From Calditrichia bacterium (lineage in GTDB: Bacteria; Calditrichota; Calditrichia; JAJRVZ01): a stretch of 64,000 nucleotides of DNA. The number at the start of each line of letters is the position of its first letter. Position 1 is the stretch's first letter. Location: the NCBI GenBank assembly GCA_963796965.1, contig CAWCNS010000011.1, positions 320,001 through 384,000 of the forward strand. The letters run 5' to 3'. Made by a program: the position numbers and the translations under genes. Of this stretch, positions 41,770 through 53,445 are shown one piece after another. Under the pieces are notes generated by a model. It was not told the origin of the DNA and made no database searches. It saw nothing but the letters and a program-made list of their open reading frames with translations.

Positions 41770-41871
41770 ATTCTCTCAGAAGCACCCTATTCTGACTATT
41801 TTGTAGTAACATTGTAGTCAATTTCTGACACTAAAAAAGGGTTCACGAATTGAGATAAACCAATTTTTTGT

Positions 41872-41899
41872 TGGTGGCACCTACCGGAATCAAACTGGG
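41872..41899 (-). other. Degenerate tRNA 3'-end fragment (att remnant)
   Basis: Minus strand CCCAGTTTGATTCCGGTAGGTGCCACCA: T-loop-like sequence, acceptor strand and CCA; no 5' half. Confidence 0.55.
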
Positions 41900-41971
41900 A
41901 TACACGGAGTTTCTCCATTTCCTCTGTTGTCCCGTTGTGTCTTTGACAGTGTTCACCAAATATTTGCCAAA

Positions 41972-42091
41972 TCACCTGAGCAGCACCATCTTCTTCACAT
42001 CCTGAAATTCGCCTGCCTCAATTCTATAGAAGTATATTCTGCTTGAGAGATTTTGTGCATTGAATTCTACATGGTGTTGACCTGACATCAT
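41972..42091 (-). pseudogene. Orphan T9SS-like CTD fragment
   Basis: [37 protein letters not shown] with no upstream gene body. Confidence 0.8.
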
Positions 42092-42371
42092 TATTAAAAT
42101 CAGAAGAAGCAAAATGAAGCATAGCTTCGGTAACCTCTACTCGGGGTAATTCTGTTACATCTAAGGGAAAATGAGCAAATAATTCTTTCTTTCCATCATT
42201 AATTTGTGTATTATTTTAGCAACCAACCAATTTAAAGCCGTATTTATAAAGAGATTGTATTGATATCCTTACGTCTTACAACACAGTAATATAATGCCAC
42301 TTCATACTCCTTTGAATGATATTTTTAAGGAATGCACCCATCACCTTAATTTTATTTAGGAGGGACACATT

Positions 42372-44802
42372 ATGAAAGCAAGTTTTACAAATCCCATTAT
42401 CCTTGCCATATTAATTATTATTATCATTCTATCCGCTTGTGAACAAAAGAAAAAATACCCTATCACGCACATAGAACTGCCCTCTGAATTTTCTGCGGAA
42501 TATTTCTATATGGATGTACCTCTTCCTGATGGTATTGCCGTCAAGAGTAATGGTGATTTACTGGTAGTAAACGAACGTGAACCTCAAGGTATCTTTTTAG
42601 CAACAAAAGGAGATTCGTTTGATGTGGGAGACGCATTTTCAACTACTGGACCTCCTTTCGAGAGCCCAGATGATATAGCCATCCATCCAGATGGGAGTGT
42701 CTTCGTTGGAGATGGTAATACAGGGGCATTATTCAAAATCAATTCCGACGGGGGTAAGCCCGAAGTCATTGTGTCCAAGGATTCTATAACGATAGCTAAC
42801 AATTTTAGTCCTTTTGGAATTACCATAGCACCATCTGATTTCAAAGGAGTAAATGTAGAATCCGGAGATGTAATTGTAGCTGATAATGGTTATCCCTTCT
42901 ATAAAGCAGTATGGGCCATTAACCCAACTACAGGAAAAACTAAAATCATTGCAAAAGGCGATGTTTTTATTGATGGTCCCCTACGCGTAGTAGCCGGTCC
43001 GGATGATATGCTTTATATCTATCAAAATAATAGTCTCTGGTAAAAATAGAATTGTAAGATTAGCGGCCAATGGCAAAGTCTCTTCGTTTCTTCCTCACGT
43101 ACCCGACCGTGGTAGTATAACTATTAATCCAGTTACAGGTGATTTATACTTTGGACTCGGGCATGACCTAAAACAAATTTGGTCGATTTCGACCAAGGGT
43201 GGTTACCCAAGCCTTTTTGCATCTGGATTCAAAGGACGTATACAGGATTTAGAATTCAGCCCTGACGGAAAATCTCTGTATATAAGTGCTGCAAATAATG
43301 TTATCGAAATAACAGGTCCCTTCCTTAAACCAATACGGGACGCAAAACCAACACAAGGTTCTATTGCAGGAGCTGTATCCAATGCAGAAGATAAAAGTGC
43401 ATATGCAAATGTGCCTATAGCAGCTTATCAAGGAAGTGATTATATAGCAAGAATACGGAGTGATGAGAATGGCCGCTACAATCTGATGCTACCGCCTGGA
43501 AATTATGCATTGAAACCATACGCAGTGGAATCCTTTGAACATGATTCTATTACCGTCATTGCCGGTCAAGAGCACATTTTTAATCTGGCGTTGAGACCTA
43601 TAAAGTTCCCAAATATAGTAAAGAAATGCATTGCCACTTATAAATCACTACAAGGCTATGGTGATAAAACAACGATGGTAATGAACATGATTAAAGATAA
43701 CAAAGATAATAAGAGAACAACTCAACTGTTGTTTTCCTTTGCACGTCCTAATCGCTTTCGATATGAAAATATAACAGATGTCTCAAAGGAAAAAATGGTT
43801 GGGGTAAGCGATGGCAAAGTTTTTACAAATTATATCGGTATGTTTGGTCAATATATTCAAAAAGATGCACCTGCTGTGCTTACATATGATGCTTTAAAAG
43901 CATCCATGAGAATATTTCTTGGAAATACCCTAGTACAAAAGCTGGTAATGAGCGAAGATCCTGCCAAGGAATTGCTAGAGTTTGTTGAAAAGGTTAATAT
44001 AACAAAAAGTCAGAATATGAATGGCGTTCCCGTCACCATAATCGACCTAACATTACCCGTGAGTTCCATTGATCCACGGATGATTCCACCCAAATCAAGA
44101 GTAGATACACCAGTAACTATGCGGGTGTGGATAGGAGAGAGAGATTTTTTAATACGGAAGGTGACCTATAAACTAAATATGGACTTGATAACAAGGGGTT
44201 TGCCTGATGAAAGGGGGGCGATGTTTAAAGACATGAAAATGGAGGTGATAGAAACACACTCCTTTGTAAAATTAAATCCTAATTTCTCAGATAAGATATT
44301 CACCTTTGTTCCGTCCGACGATGCAAAATTGGTCGAGCAATTCAGTCCCCCAAGAGCGCCAAGTCAAGATCTGTCCAAATTTGAAGGTAAACCTGCTCCA
44401 AATTTTGTGCTAAAAGATCTCGATGGCAGATATGTAAAACTTAATGATTTCCAAGGCAAGGTCCGAATCGTAAATTTCTGGGCGACATGGTGTGCTCCAT
44501 GCCGGCAAGAGATTCCGGAATTTATCGCTTTGCAATCAGAATATTCCTCAAAAGGATTCACTACAATTGGAATATCGGTAGACCGAGGTACAGAAGTTGT
44601 GCGTTCCTATGCCGATAAAAATAAAATAAATTATCCCATGCTAATGGCTGATGAGATTGTACAGAAAAGTTATGGTAATATTTCAGCCATACCCACAACT
44701 TTTGTCTTAGATAAAAATGGGATAGTACGTTATACATATATAGGTATGCCGTCAGACAAGAAAGTTTTTCAACAAAATGTGAAAGAATTGTTGGATCAAT
44801 AA
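42372..44802 (+). CDS. Lipoprotein: NHL-like propeller + carboxypeptidase-regulatory + LolA-like + TlpA thioredoxin (frameshift ~43030)
   Basis: LSAC lipobox; PDGIAV/PDDIAI repeats continue across two overlapping ORFs; C-terminal APNFVLKDLDG..NFWATWCAPC..AIPTTFVLDKNG. Confidence 0.75.
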
Positions 44803-45246
44803 AAAAATTATTAAAAATGCCACTGCAGATAAATCGTTTGGTAATTACTGCCGCCATTGATGCAGCCAAAATGCTGGGCAGTACCGAAAATCCCTGAGCA
44901 GTGATAATACATTATTTGCAAAAGTAGATGGTGTGGTCACTTTCGAGAGAAAAGACCATTGACGGAAAAAAGCAAGTGTCTATCCACAGGCACATGCATA
45001 AATTTTTTTTCGCACGTGCATACAAAGGGTTGGTGTTGCGATAACAACAATCCTTTTTTATTGCTTCATTTCATTTGCAAAGCCACAAAGATTTTTCCAC
45101 GAATTATCCGTCTTCACCGGATCCGGCGTAACCGGCCACTAATGAAAACAAATTTCACAAATTCCCAATTCCAAATTTCAAATCCGGCATCCCATATCGC
45201 GGATCACGGATCTCGTACCTCACAACGTGTATCACTAACCCCAATT

Positions 45247-47031
45247 TCATCTGAGTAATATCATCTTCTTCACATCCTGAAATTCACCCGCTTCAATTCT
45301 GTACATGTATACCCCTGAAGCAAGATCACCACCATCAAACGGATACGTATGATTCCCTGCTCGTAGTTTGTCATTTACCAATGAAGCAACCTCTTCACCA
45401 AGTATGTTGTAGATTTTAAGTGTGACGAATTCGGATTTGGGTAGAGTGAAGTGAATAAATGTTGATGGGTTGAAGGGGTTGGGGTAGTTTTGTAAAATAG
45501 TAAAATCATTAGGAATACCTACGTAATATTCATTGACGGATGTTGGATCAAGTTTTACAATCAACTCGCCTGCCAAGTGGTTAAATTGCAGGGGTGTTTG
45601 TAGCAGTATTGAGCCAAATCCTGTAATTGTGTTGTTTTCTTCGTTTACTCCACCCACGTTGATAACTATGTTATCACCAATGCTAAATCCCATGATACTT
45701 GAAACTTCAAGGCTTTGACTGCCAATTGGTGTATCTTTTTTCAGAGACGTGGTAGTAGTAACAACATTATACCGTGCAATTGGCACGTAATGATGAGAGA
45801 AATCAAGTGGTTGTGACATACCTGAGGCGACGATTTTATCATCCTGAAGATTCAATGCCATAAGAAAATTATATTCATTATCAAAATCAGTTAAAATCAC
45901 TCCATTATCACCAAATGTGCTATCGATTGTACCAGAAGTATTATAACGAATCAGCATAAAATCATAATTTGTACCATTACTACCCGTCCCTCCAAAGATT
46001 ATCTTACCATCACTTTGAACAACTACCGCATCACTATGAGAATAAACACCACAACTGGCACAATTTGGTATAACTATTATTCCTGTTTTATTAAAAGTAG
46101 AATCCAGAATAACATTATTATTATACTTCTCAATAATATAATTCCATTCAGACTCATTTCTACTCCGACCAACAACGACTATCCCCCCATCATTATGAAT
46201 TACTACTGAACTTATGTAATAAATACTCCCTGACGCAATCGAAGTAATTACTGTTCCATTATTGTTATATGTATTATCTAAATTACCATCAGTATTGAAA
46301 CGTGCGGCAGCAACAGCACGATCATCTCCATTCTGAGTAAAACCTACAACAAATATTTTTCCACCTTCCTGAATTGACATTGATTGCACATTATCATTTC
46401 CACTCCCTATTGGTGCAATAACAATACCATCATTATTAAATGTAGAATCCAAACTGCCATTTATATTGTAACGTACAACAGCAAAATCATAATCACTTCC
46501 ATTCTGGGCGCCACCGGCAACAACTATTTTTCCATCTTCCTGAATTGAAATTGATCGCCCATATCCACTTCCACTCCCTATGGGTGTTACAACTATACCA
46601 CTATCATTAAAAGTGGAATCCAATATACCATCAGCAGTATAACGAAGGGCAGCAAGATCGCTATCACTTCCGTTATAAGTACCACCAGCGACAACTATTT
46701 TACTATCTTCCTGAATAGCAATAGAGTTTATGTAATCACTACTACTAAGATTAGTTATGGCAATCCCATCATTACCATATGTAGAATCCAAACTACCATC
46801 TGGATTATATCGAAAAGTGACAAAATCATATCCAAAATCATTTTCAAAATATCCTGACACTATAATTTTGTTATCTTTCTGGACAGCAATAGAGCGTGCC
46901 TCCTGACCTCCATAATTTCTTACATTAGTTATTACCTTACCACCATCTCCAAATGTGGGATCAAGCTCTCCATCTTGGGCATAACAATTAATTATACTAA
47001 ATAGGGTAAAAAATAAAGTGAGATTTCTCAT
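45247..47031 (-). CDS. Delta-60 repeat protein with T9SS-like CTD
   Basis: Repeats IQEDGKIVVAG...RYN.DGSLDSTF..DG; QNYPNPFNP tail. Confidence 0.9.
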   Translation of the reverse strand: MRNLTLFFTLFSIINCYAQDGELDPTFGDGGKVITNVRNYGGQEARSIAVQKDNKIIVSGYFENDFGYDFVTFRYNPDGSLDSTYGNDGIAITNLSSSDYINSIAIQEDSKIVVAGGTYNGSDSDLAALRYTADGILDSTFNDSGIVVTPIGSGSGYGRSISIQEDGKIVVAGGAQNGSDYDFAVVRYNINGSLDSTFNNDGIVIAPIGSGNDNVQSMSIQEGGKIFVVGFTQNGDDRAVAAARFNTDGNLDNTYNNNGTVITSIASGSIYYISSVVIHNDGGIVVVGRSRNESEWNYIIEKYNNNVILDSTFNKTGIIVIPNCASCGVYSHSDAVVVQSDGKIIFGGTGSNGTNYDFMLIRYNTSGTIDSTFGDNGVILTDFDNEYNFLMALNLQDDKIVASGMSQPLDFSHHYVPIARYNVVTTTTSLKKDTPIGSQSLEVSSIMGFSIGDNIVINVGGVNEENNTITGFGSILLQTPLQFNHLAGELIVKLDPTSVNEYYVGIPNDFTILQNYPNPFNPSTFIHFTLPKSEFVTLKIYNILGEEVASLVNDKLRAGNHTYPFDGGDLASGVYMYRIEAGEFQDVKKMILLR

Positions 47032-47335
47032 AATATGACCTCTGCTTAGTTATGACAAAGACTTAGCATATATTAAATATTTATTTATAATAATTATGAA
47101 AACAGAAATATGATTAAATGGAAACAATCAATATTCTAAGAATAATATTATTTGGAATGTTTCAACATTTTGTTCTTTTAAATAAAAAAATAAAAGTGTT
47201 TATGTGGGTATACTATGCAATAATATATAAAAAAAGGGCCAATGTCAAAAGCTGTAGTTAGTGTTGAAAATGATGATTTAAAGTTAAATATTAAATTTAC
47301 AGATTAGTAAATAAAACACAGAAATTGTATAAATG

Positions 47336-47368
47336 AAAAAGGCTTTGAGAATCACCCAAAGCCTTTTT
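47336..47368. terminator. Intrinsic terminator
   Basis: AAAAAGGCTTTG...CAAAGCCTTTTT just after the 47400 stop. Confidence 0.75.
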
Positions 47369-47399
47369 TATTAATAATGTTAGAAGAGAAACTTAATCA

Positions 47400-49160
47400 T
47401 TATTTCGTGAGAACTAATTTCTTCACACTTCTAAAATCACCTGCTGTTAGTTCGTAGTAATAGATTCCGCTGGATAAATCCGAGCCATTAAATTCAATAT
47501 TATAATGTCCTTCATTTAAAAATGATTTCACTAACTGGTTTATCACCCTTCCACTGATATCATAAACTTTAAGCGAAACAAATGTATCTTTGGGTATATC
47601 AAAAGTAATAGTAGTGGATGGATTAAATGGATTCGGGTAATTTTGATGTAAATTAAATTGAGTAGGTACTCCAGGATCTGATGATAATCCCTGGTGTTTA
47701 TACAGGATATTTTGAGATGGATTTACCTGCCCGGTGGGAATGGTCTGTTGTTCGTTTACTAGTTCTGCTAAATCCTTGGCCAGTTCATCGTTTTCTGGAT
47801 TAGAATCCAGTAATAATTCTGAGGTATAGGTTAGAACATCCGCTGCGGTATAATTATCTTCGGTAACAATTTCATATTGAGCGATTTTTTGAGACATGAT
47901 GTTTAAAGCTAATGCTGCAATATGTGACTTGGCCTTTGCCTCCATGCCGGCATTACCTTTGACACTCATCACATTTTGCCAGTCTTCAAAGGATGTTTCG
48001 TTAAAGAAGATATTGAACCTAGGATCATATCGATTATGAACTTCAGAAATAAATGTAGTGAGATCTTCTGCTGATTCGTGGGCGTTGCCCTTTTCCTTCA
48101 CATAGACATCAAATTGGTGCTTCCAATAGCCCTTGCTTCTGGATTGGTTAACTACTAATATTTCTGTAAGATTAAAGTTAATCGTACTGGTTTCATTTGC
48201 AGTAACTATTGTAGTTTTTGGATTTCCATCAGAAACATAACCAAGCGGCTCTACAATCATTACCTGATAACTTGCTAATGGAGCATCACAAAATGAATAC
48301 GCCCCATTTGTATCTGTATAAACATCATCAAATCCATCTACTGGTAATCCAAACTCATCCAATAATTTAACTAGTACATTTTCTAATCCATTACCGTTAA
48401 CTGAGACTGTGCCAGAGATTAATCCTGTCTGAGATGTACATGTAGATTCACTATAATATAATTCTGTTATTTCTTCTTGGGTCAGTGCGCGATTATAAAT
48501 TCGTATATCATCAATGTCACCTTTAAAGTAAATCGGATCAAAATAAATTGCAGCACCGATAAGGACATTTGAATTACTTATAAAAATGCTTCCTAAACGA
48601 CCTTCGGTTACTGCAATAAGATTCCCATTCTCATAATACTTAATAAGGTTATCCTGCTGACTATATATTCCTACATAGTGTTTGTAGTCAGATGATTGTT
48701 GAAGATAATCGTAGCCAGCATGAGCGGCTGAATAGCCATTCGCTCCAATAACACTAAATGTATAGGGCAAAAGCCTCCAACTTCCTTGATTATGAATAAC
48801 ATATTTCCATTTACTAATAATACAATTTGTACTTGTTGCATCTTCAACCCGTGCCCAAGCTGATATTGTGATTGCCTCATGAATATTTAAAATAGCTGGA
48901 TTACCTAAATCGATGAAGTCATCTACACCATCAAAATGGAATGCACTTTCAGGATTTCCACAGCGATCTTCTGTAAGTGTAGCACCATAAGTAGTACCAT
49001 TGGATCCATTACCGGTTTCATCATTCGCATTTCCATTAAACGGGTAATATGCTACGAGTCCATCCGAGATCGTTTGTGCCCATGTAATACCCGTAAAACA
49101 GAGCAGCAAAGCGAATATCATTAGACCTTTTAGAAATTGAAATAAAAAATGTTTTCTCAT
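47400..49160 (-). CDS. LamG/concanavalin-like protein with T9SS-like CTD
   Basis: GLVAYYPFNGNAND, FDGVDD, FKGDIDDIRIYNRALT; CTD. Confidence 0.9.
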   Translation of the reverse strand: MRKHFLFQFLKGLMIFALLLCFTGITWAQTISDGLVAYYPFNGNANDETGNGSNGTTYGATLTEDRCGNPESAFHFDGVDDFIDLGNPAILNIHEAITISAWARVEDATSTNCIISKWKYVIHNQGSWRLLPYTFSVIGANGYSAAHAGYDYLQQSSDYKHYVGIYSQQDNLIKYYENGNLIAVTEGRLGSIFISNSNVLIGAAIYFDPIYFKGDIDDIRIYNRALTQEEITELYYSESTCTSQTGLISGTVSVNGNGLENVLVKLLDEFGLPVDGFDDVYTDTNGAYSFCDAPLASYQVMIVEPLGYVSDGNPKTTIVTANETSTINFNLTEILVVNQSRSKGYWKHQFDVYVKEKGNAHESAEDLTTFISEVHNRYDPRFNIFFNETSFEDWQNVMSVKGNAGMEAKAKSHIAALALNIMSQKIAQYEIVTEDNYTAADVLTYTSELLLDSNPENDELAKDLAELVNEQQTIPTGQVNPSQNILYKHQGLSSDPGVPTQFNLHQNYPNPFNPSTTITFDIPKDTFVSLKVYDISGRVINQLVKSFLNEGHYNIEFNGSDLSSGIYYYELTAGDFRSVKKLVLTK

Positions 49161-49945
49161 AATAGCACCTTTTTAGTTGGTTAGCAGTCATAGTTCATTC
49201 CCAAATTCTATTCCACTCCAACATTCCTCCTTTCTAAAATTGGATTTATAGTCTAAAAACTAAACACAGTTATATTATTATTTATGAATTAACTAATAAA
49301 TTCTTAGCACTTTATATAGTCTTTGATGCCGTCGGTTAAAATAGTATGACTTTATCCAGTTGATATGTTTGCTGTCTACTAAACAAACAAACTAATTACA
49401 TCTTAATGATAGTATTTTACGCACTGTAACTTATTTGAGATATATATTCTAATAGATTTAAAGGGGATATGTAAATTGTATTATAGAAATATAAAGGATG
49501 AATATCAATAAAATTATTAGACAACTATTCATTAGTGATGATTATTTTAACTCCTGTTTACCTCTCATATTATATTGCCAGTTGCCATAACTTTCAGAGA
49601 AATTTCAAATTGTTTCCCATTACTCATAATCTTATTCACTTTCAGCAATTAACTGTCACCTATTTGTCACTTGACTAATCACTAAATCTAAGAGCGTTGA
49701 TAACTTAAAACCACAAAACTTCACAAACTCTTTTTTTTCAGTGTTTTACATTGTATGGAGGATGAATGGCTCTAACTTACTAGCTTTAAGGACGTAGGAT
49801 TTTTAGTGCCTGTTCCATTTGAATATAAACAACTGTTTATTATATATATACCTTGTTTTATCTTTAAAATCCAAGATTTATAACTTATTATTTTTCCTCT
49901 ACTTTCCTCTATTGCCCCCTTCTGTCTTTGACAGTGTTTGCCAAA

Positions 49946-51247
49946 TCACCTGAGCAGCACCATCTTCTTCACAGCCTGAAAATCGCCCGCTTGGATTCTG
50001 TAGTAGTAAATTCCACTGGTAAAGGCACTGGCATTCCATTTAACCTGATGAGTTCCTGCATTTTGTTGTCTGTCCACTAATGTAGTAACTTTTTGTCCGA
50101 GTAGGTTGTAGATATTTAATTCAACGTAATTCGTAATTGGTAATTCGTAATTAATCATTGTGGTCGTATTAAATGGATTAGGAAAATTTACAATTTTGAC
50201 ACTTATAGGAGCCTTGAATTCCCGATTAATATTTGTGAATTGATCATACATGATATACGTTTTACTCTTATTTATCCATTCAATATCATTCCAGAACTGT
50301 CCCAAAATTTCAACATTGTTCCCATTTAAATCGTATTTATGCAAAGTTATAACATGGTTGATCCAAGTATCGATAGTCCAGTTTTGTTCTAACGATTCAA
50401 TCAATTCTCCATTCGCATTATATTTTATTGACACTCGATAATCATTCACCCAATCCACATTGATCCAATCTTGGCCAATTATATCAATAAGATTGCTGCA
50501 TTTATCATAGGTGTATTTACTTATCTGATCATTTACCCAAAGAGAATCATTCCAATTTTTTTTTAATTGTGCAATATTATTTCCTTTAGAATCATATGTT
50601 CTTATCGCTTTCTTCTCATTGATCCATTCCAGACCCTTCCATTTTTGCTTCACGCTCCCAATATTATTACCATCAGAATCATAGTTTTTGGTATATTTCA
50701 CATCATTTATCCAGGCAGTATCATGATAAACCTGGTGTAACTCCACCACTGTATTACCGTTTTTGTCACGCTTATATGTATATTTTATATCACTTATCCA
50801 CTCATATCCATTCCAAAATTGAAATAACCGTTCAACCTCTTTTCCCATTTCATCGTATGTAAAATAAACGATATGATCATCAGTCCAGGCAAGATTCTCC
50901 CATTCAAACCCTTCATATTTAATTAGTATTGATCTAGTATCATAGGTATATATATACTTCGCTCTATTAATCCATGTATTTCCTTTCCAATTTTGAAGTG
51001 TCCGTTCAATCTTATTTCCAAATTGATCATATTCGTAATTAGATCTTGTTTCGTGAACCCAAACAGAATCATTCCACAGATCTAAAACTTCTTCAACTTT
51101 TTTGAAATGAGGGTTATCCGATAAATGAGCCTTTTCTTTGAATAATAGACGATCACTACCTTGAACAGGATTTAAGGCATAGATTTGTTGTACGACAGGA
51201 AAATGGGAGAAGTTAAATAAAGCGATTATTAAAACAAGAAGATTCAT
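49946..51247 (-). CDS. Trp-rich repeat protein with T9SS-like CTD
   Basis: ~31-aa repeats YTYD..GN.....Q.W.G..W.N; NFPNPFN...KKMVLLR. Confidence 0.85.
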   Translation of the reverse strand: MNLLVLIIALFNFSHFPVVQQIYALNPVQGSDRLLFKEKAHLSDNPHFKKVEEVLDLWNDSVWVHETRSNYEYDQFGNKIERTLQNWKGNTWINRAKYIYTYDTRSILIKYEGFEWENLAWTDDHIVYFTYDEMGKEVERLFQFWNGYEWISDIKYTYKRDKNGNTVVELHQVYHDTAWINDVKYTKNYDSDGNNIGSVKQKWKGLEWINEKKAIRTYDSKGNNIAQLKKNWNDSLWVNDQISKYTYDKCSNLIDIIGQDWINVDWVNDYRVSIKYNANGELIESLEQNWTIDTWINHVITLHKYDLNGNNVEILGQFWNDIEWINKSKTYIMYDQFTNINREFKAPISVKIVNFPNPFNTTTMINYELPITNYVELNIYNLLGQKVTTLVDRQQNAGTHQVKWNASAFTSGIYYYRIQAGDFQAVKKMVLLR

Positions 51248-51339
51248 TTTTAAACAGAATTTATAGTTAATTCACTAAAGAGTCGGTCATTTATTTCCTA
51301 TCTTGGCCGAAATGTATAATTTGTTTTATCATGTTTGAT

Positions 51340-52375
51340 CAAGGCTGAAAAACAGGCATAAAATCACCATTCGGACTATTGGTTAACCTAGTTTGCTCCA
51401 CTACCGTCAGTATTCATAATGTATATTTCATCATTCCCATCTCTGGTGGATTGAAAGGCAATTTTAATACCATCGGGAGAATAAGTAGGCAAATTATCAA
51501 TAGCCGGATTATTGGTTAAATTGGTTTGTCCACTACCGTCTGTATTCATAATGTATATTTCATCATTCCCATCTCTGGTGGATTGAAAGGCAATTTTAAT
51601 ATCATCGGGAGAATAAGTAGGCAAATTATCAATAGCTCGGACTATTGGTTAACTTGGTTTGTCTCACTACCGTCTGAATTCATAATGTATATTTCCCAAT
51701 TATCCATCCCTTTCAGAAACAAAAGCGATTTTAGAACCATCGGGAGAAAAAGTAGTCCATTAATCAAAAGCCGGATTATTGGTTAACTTGGTTTGTCCAC
51801 TACCGTATGTATTCATAATGTATATTTCAAAATTACCATCTCTGTCAGATACAAAGGCGATTTTAGAACCATCGGGAGAAAAAGTAGGCCCACCTTCATT
51901 ATTCGGATTATTGGTTAAATTGGTTTGCCCACTACCGTCTGAATTCATAATGTATATTTCAACATTACCATCTCTGTTAGATGAGAAGGCGATTTTAGAA
52001 CCATCGGGAGAAAAATAGGCCAACTATCATTAGCCGGATTATTGGTTAAATTGATTTGTCCACTACCGTCTATATTCATAATGTATATTTCAAAATTATT
52101 ATCTCTTCTAGATACAAAGGCTATTTTAGAACCATCATGAGAGAAAACCCAAGGCCAATCATCACTCTCGTTCTGAGTTAGGTTTAATTGATTACTCCCG
52201 ACTACCATTCATTATGTAGATTTCATTATTGCCATCACGTCTGGATGTAAAAGTCATCCTTCCTTTGTAATGATCAATCTCAGGTTCTACAGCACTTTTT
52301 TTACACTCGGGAAAAGTCCAAAGGATCAAAAAAATGAGAATAAATAGGAAGAGGTTTTTTCTACTTTTATGACTT
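51340..52375 (-). pseudogene. TolB-like PD40-repeat protein, multiply frameshifted
   Basis: SPDGSKIAF.S.RDGN.EIYIMN.DGSGQTNLTNNP repeats (~44 aa) spread over several frames. Confidence 0.8.
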
Positions 52376-52674
52376 TCTCCTTACTCTACCCAGGTATTGT
52401 AAAAATTTTTATTTCTCAAAGATTTATATCTATGAAGAAAGTAACTGATTACACTAATCAGATTCAGTTTGCGGTCTGTTAAGACGAATGGGAGTGGATC
52501 AATAAGAAGATATGAAGATTAAGGTGGGATTACAATAAAAATCGGAAACACCTTATAATTTAAGAATCTCCTACCAACGTCAAGTATTTTTTCCAGTCAA
52601 CGACATTCATTATTACCGAAATATGATTTAGGAATGATGTAACGAAAGGAGCCTGTAAGGCGACTGAAGTTACA

Positions 52675-53445
52675 TCATTCATGCGGGCTTTTTTTACCTC
52701 CTCTTCGTTGTGAGTGTTCTAATCTGTAACTGTCAATATTGAGTTCTAATATTATGCTATGATGCACCAGCCGATCTATGGCAGCTGCGGTAGTCATCGG
52801 ATCTTTAAATATCTGCTCCCATTTTGAAAACGGAAGATTACTTGTAATCATCACACTGCCTCGTTCATATCTATCGGCAAGCAATGTAAAAAGCACCTCC
52901 ATCTCTTCTCGATTTTGCTGGACATATCCGAGATCATCGATGATTATGGCATCATACTTTGATATCTTCTTGAAAAACTGAGGCAGTTTTAAATCCCGTT
53001 TGGCAACTAACATTTCTTGAACCAGAAAATTACAAGGCCTGAATAAAACTCTACGCTCATTCAAGATAAGTTCCTGACCGATGGCGCAAAGCAAATGAGT
53101 TTTACCACTCCCTGGATTGCCAAAGGCGAGAATGTTTTCAGTCCGGTCAAGAAAGGAACCATCCAGCAATATGTTTAACTGGGCATCTATCTTTTGAGGC
53201 AGTCTTTTGCGTTCAAACGAAGATAAGGTTTTCTCTAAAGGCAACTTGGAATCTCGCAGGAACCGGGCAATACGCTTCTCACGACGTGCCTGACATTCAA
53301 CATCCACCATACCTAATAAATATTGCTCATAACTTAATGACTCGGCCCTGGCAGCCTCAGATTGCTCAGGGTAACATTCCCGGATTGCCGGCAGATGTAA
53401 TTCTTTGAGAGAGTGTGTTAATCTTGTTTCGATCTGTTTTCCCAT
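52675..53445 (-). CDS. istB: IS21 helper ATPase
   Basis: GNPGSGKTHL, IIDDLGY, RYERGSVMITSN, AAAIDRLVHH, SYR. Confidence 0.95.
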   Translation of the reverse strand: MGKQIETRLTHSLKELHLPAIRECYPEQSEAARAESLSYEQYLLGMVDVECQARREKRIARFLRDSKLPLEKTLSSFERKRLPQKIDAQLNILLDGSFLDRTENILAFGNPGSGKTHLLCAIGQELILNERRVLFRPCNFLVQEMLVAKRDLKLPQFFKKISKYDAIIIDDLGYVQQNREEMEVLFTLLADRYERGSVMITSNLPFSKWEQIFKDPMTTAAAIDRLVHHSIILELNIDSYRLEHSQRRGGKKSPHE

